Positions 59,114-64,000 of a DNA stretch of 64,000 nt are shown here, in pieces (within the stretch, counting starts at the first letter, position 1; every line of letters starts with the position of its first letter). Source of the DNA: an uncultured delta proteobacterium (GTDB lineage Bacteria > Desulfobacterota > Desulfuromonadia > Desulfuromonadales > BM103); contig CAVQRZ010000001.1 in NCBI GenBank assembly GCA_963715335.1, positions 64,001-128,000 on the forward strand, written 5' to 3'. Under the pieces are notes generated by a model, which did no database searches, was not told the DNA's origin, and worked only from the letters and a program-made list of their open reading frames with translations. Made by a program: the position numbers and the translations under genes.

Positions 59114-60435
59114 GTTGCCGACATATTCCTCTTCTTGGCTATGATTGCGGCCTTACCGTAGCGAATCGCCTGGACCAGCGGGATCGTCGCCGGGCAACTG
59201 TAGCTGCAGCAGCCGCATTCTATGCAGTCCATGGCTCTATATTCCTCGGCTTCGGCGAGCATATCCCGGCGCGCGTAGGCAGCTATCGTCGTTGGCAGGA
59301 GTTTCATCGGACAACCCTGGACGCAGCGCGCGCAACGAATACACGGCCCTTCCGGCCGACTGACGACATCCTCGCTGCGCAGCAGCAGCAAACCCGAGGT
59401 GCCACGGACGACCGGCACACTCAGGCCGAGTTGGGTAAATCCCATCATCGGCCCACCAAGGATGATCTTGCCGGGCTCCTCGGCCAACCCGCCGCAGGCC
59501 TCAACAAGTTGCGAAAGAAGGGTGCCGATTCGCACCCGGAGATTCTTCGGCTGGCGTATGGCCGGACCGGTCACCGTGCAGATCCGCTCGATCAATGGTC
59601 GGCCATGCACGACCGCATCGGTGACCGCCGCTGCAGTCGACACATTGTGCACCGCAACGCCGATGTCCATCGGCAGGCCGCCCGAGGGGACCTCCTTGCC
59701 GGTCACTGCAGAAATCAACTGTTTCTCAGCGCCTTGCGGGTATTTAACCTGCAGGGCAACAACCTCGACCGGAGTATCCTTGCACTCTTTCACAAGATGC
59801 CTTATCACATCCGGCTTGTTCGCCTCGACGCCGATCACGACCCGCTCCGCACCGAACACGTACTGCAACAGGGCAACCCCCTGCAACACGCGCTCTGTCT
59901 CCTCGAGCATCATGCGGTGGTCTGCAGTCAGGTAAGGCTCACACTCGACCCCGTTGAAGATCAGGGTGTGAATCAGTTTTTCCGGAGGCGGCGAGATCTT
60001 GACGTGAGCCGGAAAGGCAGCTCCACCCATACCGACTACGCCGGCTTGACGGACTTTTTCCACAACCTCTTCCGGGGAGAGCTGTGCAGGGTCGGCCGGG
60101 TGCAGATCGGTTGACCACAGGTCCTCGCCATCGGCCCTGATCACAACGGCCGGCAACATGGTTCCCACAGGGTGGGGGCGCTTTTCAATGGCGATTACTT
60201 CACCCGAGGTCGGGGCATGGATCGGCACCGAGACGAACCCCCGGGCCGAGCCAATCTCCTGGCCTTTCTTGACCAGCTGGCCGACCTCGACACAGGGAAC
60301 CGAAGGGGCACCGATATGCTGGGCCATCGGCACGATCAATTCCACGGGCAACGGACAGTCCTCAATCGCCGCGTGCGACGACCACTGCTTGTTGTCCGGA
60401 GGGTGTATACCTCCTCTGAAAGTTCTCAGTTTCAT
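59110..60435 (-). CDS. rnfC: Rnf complex subunit C
   Basis: QHIGAP, GMGGAAFP, ECEPYLTAD, YPQGAEK, CIRCARC, CIECGCC. Confidence 0.96.
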   Translation of the reverse strand: MKLRTFRGGIHPPDNKQWSSHAAIEDCPLPVELIVPMAQHIGAPSVPCVEVGQLVKKGQEIGSARGFVSVPIHAPTSGEVIAIEKRPHPVGTMLPAVVIRADGEDLWSTDLHPADPAQLSPEEVVEKVRQAGVVGMGGAAFPAHVKISPPPEKLIHTLIFNGVECEPYLTADHRMMLEETERVLQGVALLQYVFGAERVVIGVEANKPDVIRHLVKECKDTPVEVVALQVKYPQGAEKQLISAVTGKEVPSGGLPMDIGVAVHNVSTAAAVTDAVVHGRPLIERICTVTGPAIRQPKNLRVRIGTLLSQLVEACGGLAEEPGKIILGGPMMGFTQLGLSVPVVRGTSGLLLLRSEDVVSRPEGPCIRCARCVQGCPMKLLPTTIAAYARRDMLAEAEEYRAMDCIECGCCSYSCPATIPLVQAIRYGKAAIIAKKRNMSAT

Positions 60436-60457
60436 CTCGATCGTTCAGGGCAAAGGG

Positions 60458-61300
60458 TCAGGCCGCATGCGGCTTGTCGGCACCGTCAGGGAGAAAACTG
60501 CTCCCCTCCGGATAGCCATCGTCAAAGTTACGGATACACCTGGTCGGACACTTGGCGAGCGCCTCGATCGCCTCAGTGTCCTGCTCATAAACTACGGTCG
60601 CCAGAAAATCCTCTACCTTATATGCGGCAGGAACAGTCTTGTGGCAGATGTGACAACCGATGCATCCAACCTGGCAATACTTGCGCACTGCTGCGCCCTT
60701 GTCATGGCTGTTGCAAAGGACATGGATAGTAGACTCAAATGGCGTCATCCGGATCACATCACGCGGGCATGCGGCTACGCATTTGCGGCAGCCGGTGCAT
60801 TTGTGCCGGCTGATAACCGCCAGTCCATCCGCGGTCATTTCGATGGCATCGAAGGGGCAAGCACGCTGACAGGAGGCGAGACCTAGGCAACCACCGGGAC
60901 AGGCTTTCGGTCCATTGGCAATCTTCTGCGCCGCGGTACAATCTTCCAGCCCGAGGTATCGATATTTGAGCCGGGCCTTTTTATTGTCCCCCTGGCACAG
61001 AACCACGGCAACCTGCCGCGCTACAGCGCAAGCCTCGACGCCAAGAATCCGTGCCAACCGGGCCACAACTTCAGCCCCCCCGGGCGGACACTGGTTCAGG
61101 TCCGCGGTGCCGGCGATCACGGCCCGGGCATAACCGGCGCAGCCGGGAAAGCCGCAGGCGCCGCAATTGACTCCCGGCAGCACCTCAACGGCAGCAAGTT
61201 CGCGCGGATCGATCTCGACCGCGAACTTCCTGGCGGCAAAGCCAAGCGCCACGGCAGCAATCATGCCGATGCACCCAAGACTCAATATTGCTGCAATCAT
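60458..61300 (-). CDS. rnfB: Rnf complex subunit B
   Basis: LPGVNCGACGFPGC, CPPGG and several ferredoxin Cys motifs. Confidence 0.95.
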   Translation of the reverse strand: MIAAILSLGCIGMIAAVALGFAARKFAVEIDPRELAAVEVLPGVNCGACGFPGCAGYARAVIAGTADLNQCPPGGAEVVARLARILGVEACAVARQVAVVLCQGDNKKARLKYRYLGLEDCTAAQKIANGPKACPGGCLGLASCQRACPFDAIEMTADGLAVISRHKCTGCRKCVAACPRDVIRMTPFESTIHVLCNSHDKGAAVRKYCQVGCIGCHICHKTVPAAYKVEDFLATVVYEQDTEAIEALAKCPTRCIRNFDDGYPEGSSFLPDGADKPHAA

Positions 61301-61368
61301 AAAAAAATCCAGGCCTGCATAAGTATTTTATGAAGAGTCCGTGGAGGCGATAACGGCCTCTGGTTGCC

Positions 61369-61950
61369 CTAGCCTTTGACCAGACCGGCAAAGCCCATGA
61401 ATGCCAGAGACAGAAGGCCCGCCGTCACCAGGGCAATGGCCGTGCCGCGAAAGCTTCGTGGCACGACACAGAGTTCAAGGCGTTCGCGCAGGCCGGCAAA
61501 GAGAACCAACGCCAGGGTAAAACCGAGGGCCGCCCCGATGGCGAACACGACCCCCTCCAGAAAGGTATAATCCTTCTGGATATTGAGGACAGCGAGACCG
61601 AGGACCGCACAGTTGGTCGTAATCAGCGGCAGAAAGATTCCGAGCGACTGGTAGAGCACCGGGCTGACCTTCTGGACCACCATCTCCACCAGTTGTACCA
61701 ACGAAGCGATGACCAGGATAAAGGCGATTGTCTGCAGGTATTCAATGCCGAAAGGAATCAGGATGAAATATTGGACAAACCAGGTCACAACCGTGGCTAC
61801 AGTCATGACGAATGTCACTGCCATCCCCATGCCGAGAGCCGTTTCGACCTTCTTGGAGACCCCGAGAAACGGGCATATCCCTAGGAAACGCGCCAGGACA
61901 AAGTTATTGACGAAAATGGCGCTTACCAGAATGACAAGCAGATCAGCCAT
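61369..61950 (-). CDS. rnfA: Rnf complex subunit A
   Basis: [24 protein letters not shown]. Confidence 0.96.
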   Translation of the reverse strand: MADLLVILVSAIFVNNFVLARFLGICPFLGVSKKVETALGMGMAVTFVMTVATVVTWFVQYFILIPFGIEYLQTIAFILVIASLVQLVEMVVQKVSPVLYQSLGIFLPLITTNCAVLGLAVLNIQKDYTFLEGVVFAIGAALGFTLALVLFAGLRERLELCVVPRSFRGTAIALVTAGLLSLAFMGFAGLVKG

Positions 61951-61982
61951 GCACCCTACCTTGTAAATTGGTCAGACCAGCG

Positions 61983-62011
61983 GTTATAAATCAGATGTCG
62001 ACCAAAGTCAA
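61983..62011 (-). promoter_or_regulatory. rnf promoter
   Basis: TTGACT-N17-TATAAC. Confidence 0.7.
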
Positions 62012-62336
62012 ACGCTATACAATGAAAATTTTTTAGGATTACTACAAAAAGTCACAACCGCGCGGAGGGCTTGCCAGACGAGAGGAAAACCGCATCGCAA
62101 TCAAGACTTACTTAATAAAAATCAGCGGGAAAATACACTATAAAATTTAGCGCAGCTAAAACATGCTGCGAATAACCGCCCCGCGCGCGGAGCCGTCTGC
62201 CGGCCATGCAGCTCCTTGACAGGCTCCTGCCGCTATGTTAACAGACGGACAGGAAATTCATACAAAGTTTCATCAGGCGACGACGACTCAAACACAAGCT
62301 GCAACGCACAGCCCGAAATTACCCAAGGAGCAACCA

Positions 62337-63620
62337 ATGAATCACCAGCAGTCCGCCGAACTTTTTGTCAAAGCCAAACAGGTCATCCCGGGCGGAGTCA
62401 ACAGCCCGGTCCGTGCATTCAAATCCGTCGGTTGCGATCCGATCTTCATCGCTCGCGCTGCAGGATCGAAGATCTTCGACGCGGACGGTAACAGCTATAT
62501 CGATTACGTCGGCTCCTGGGGCCCGATGATCCTCGGCCATTGTCATCCGAAGGTCGTTGAAGCCATTCAACAGACCGCGGCAACCGGGGCATCCTTCGGC
62601 GCCCCGACCGCTCGCGAGACCCAGCTGGCCGAGATGGTCTGCGCGGCCTATCCGAATATTGAAAAAGTTCGCATGGTCTCCTCGGGGACCGAAGCGACCA
62701 TGAGCGCCATCCGTCTCGCGCGCGGCTACACCCGGCGCGACAAAATCATCAAGTTTGACGGCTGCTACCACGGTCATGCCGATTCGCTCCTGGTCAAAGC
62801 CGGCAGCGGTCTGGCAACCTTTGGCGTTCCAACCTCCCCCGGCGTACCGGCAGATTTTGCCAAGCACACCCTCACCGCGACCTACAACAACCTGGAAGAG
62901 GTCAGGGAAATGGTCACGGCCAACCGGGGCGAAGTCGCCTGCATCATCCTCGAGCCGATAGCCGGCAACATGGGCTGTGTTGCGCCCAGGCCGGGCTTCC
63001 TCGAGGGGTTGCGCCAGATCTGCGATGCCGAAGGGATCATCCTGATCATCGACGAAGTCATGACCGGTTTCCGGGTCGCCTACGGCGGCGCCCAGGAGCG
63101 GTTTGGTGTCCGTGGCGACCTGGTCTGCCTCGGCAAAATTATCGGCGGCGGCCTGCCGGTCGGCGCTTTCGGCGGCAAACGGGAGATCATGGAGGCCCTT
63201 TCTCCCGAGGGTGGCGTCTACCAGGCCGGGACCCTTTCCGGCAATCCGCTGGCCATGAGTGCCGGCATTGCCACCCTGGAACTGCTCCGGGAAAAAGGCT
63301 TCTATGAAGCCATCGAGGAGAAGAGCGCCTACCTCTGCAAGGGCCTCCAGGACGCTGCGGCCGAAGCGAAGGTCCCGACTTCCCTGCAACGGGTAGGCGG
63401 TATGTTCTGCACCTACTTCCAGCAGAAAGAGGTCTTCTGTTTCAGTGACGTCAGCCCGGAAGCCCCTCAAGTCTTCGCCAAATTCTTCCGCAGCATGCTC
63501 GATCAGGGGATCAACCTGGCGCCTTCGCAGTACGAGGCCGGCTTCATGAGCGCAGCCCACTCGCAGGACGATCTCGACCGGACGATTGAAGCGGCGCGCA
63601 AGGCGTTCAAAGCGCTTTAA
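62337..63620 (+). CDS. hemL: Glutamate-1-semialdehyde 2,1-aminomutase
   Basis: [56 protein letters not shown] before ATG 62337. Confidence 0.97.
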   Translation: MNHQQSAELFVKAKQVIPGGVNSPVRAFKSVGCDPIFIARAAGSKIFDADGNSYIDYVGSWGPMILGHCHPKVVEAIQQTAATGASFGAPTARETQLAEMVCAAYPNIEKVRMVSSGTEATMSAIRLARGYTRRDKIIKFDGCYHGHADSLLVKAGSGLATFGVPTSPGVPADFAKHTLTATYNNLEEVREMVTANRGEVACIILEPIAGNMGCVAPRPGFLEGLRQICDAEGIILIIDEVMTGFRVAYGGAQERFGVRGDLVCLGKIIGGGLPVGAFGGKREIMEALSPEGGVYQAGTLSGNPLAMSAGIATLELLREKGFYEAIEEKSAYLCKGLQDAAAEAKVPTSLQRVGGMFCTYFQQKEVFCFSDVSPEAPQVFAKFFRSMLDQGINLAPSQYEAGFMSAAHSQDDLDRTIEAARKAFKAL

Positions 63621-63645
63621 GCAGATATCAAATTTATTTGCAGTG

Positions 63646-64000
63646 AACAAACTAAGGGCAACGGGTGGTTAATCTGTTGCCCTTAGTTTGTTGTGCTCTG
63701 GGATTTAAAGACAAAAGCAAAACCCGGGGGTTGCGCCCCCCGACTGCGCCTTACTCTTTTGCTGGCCCAAAAGAGTAAGCAGAAAAAGTCCTGCGCTGCG
63801 CTGGGCATGTCTGGTTCGTCAAGGCGGCAACCTCAATCCGGATGGTTCTTATCGATCAAGAGCCCAGCTTTCCCCCGCAGGAGCCGAGGCTCTTGAGAGC
63901 CTCTCCTGCAGTGGAGACTTGCGTTGATAGAGCTTGTTTTGGCTTTCCCCTGGTAAATCACACGGCAAGGTCAGGCCCTTTGACACAGGGCCGGATCCTT
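63646..64000. mobile_element. Modular ORF-less repeat element, copy C (truncated by the window edge)
   Basis: Terminal hairpin at 63646-63693, then colinear and highly similar to 41051-41337. Confidence 0.85.

Overview
64-kb chromosomal window from a GC-rich anaerobe whose gene content fits Desulfuromonadales/Geobacter-like Desulfobacterota (inferred from gene content only). From left to right it carries: (1) a propionyl-CoA/methylmalonyl-CoA cluster (carboxyltransferase, long biotin carboxylase-BCCP fusion, XRE-cupin regulator, truncated methylmalonyl-CoA mutase); (2) futalosine-pathway genes mqnB-mqnD; (3) a serine cluster (DUF1015, two different SerA, SerC, a thioesterase); (4) DAHP synthase preceded by an unannotated Phe/Trp/Tyr-rich leader-peptide attenuator, divergent from tRNA-Phe; (5) an AT-richer accessory block (membrane protein plus PAS kinase, nrfHA, PCuAC/SCO, GH73 protein, atypical cysteine-synthase-family protein, candidate sRNA); (6) lemA/GIDE, mutY, hisC, mqnC, mqnE, ubiX, ubiA-family prenyltransferase, xth; (7) complete rnfABCDGE followed by nuoA-N with a HydB/bifurcating-type NuoF; (8) hemL. 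The main non-coding signals are a modular, hairpin-rich, ORF-less repeat present three times (one copy rearranged into a giant palindrome, one flanked by a duplicated terminator), several families of 7-bp-periodic palindromic repeats, a tandem TTTA-N7-TAAA operator shared by two promoters, and a candidate anti-Shine-Dalgarno sRNA. All calls were made by eye from motifs; no database search was run. Start codons were moved from the ORF track where an RBS or gene overlap supports another start.
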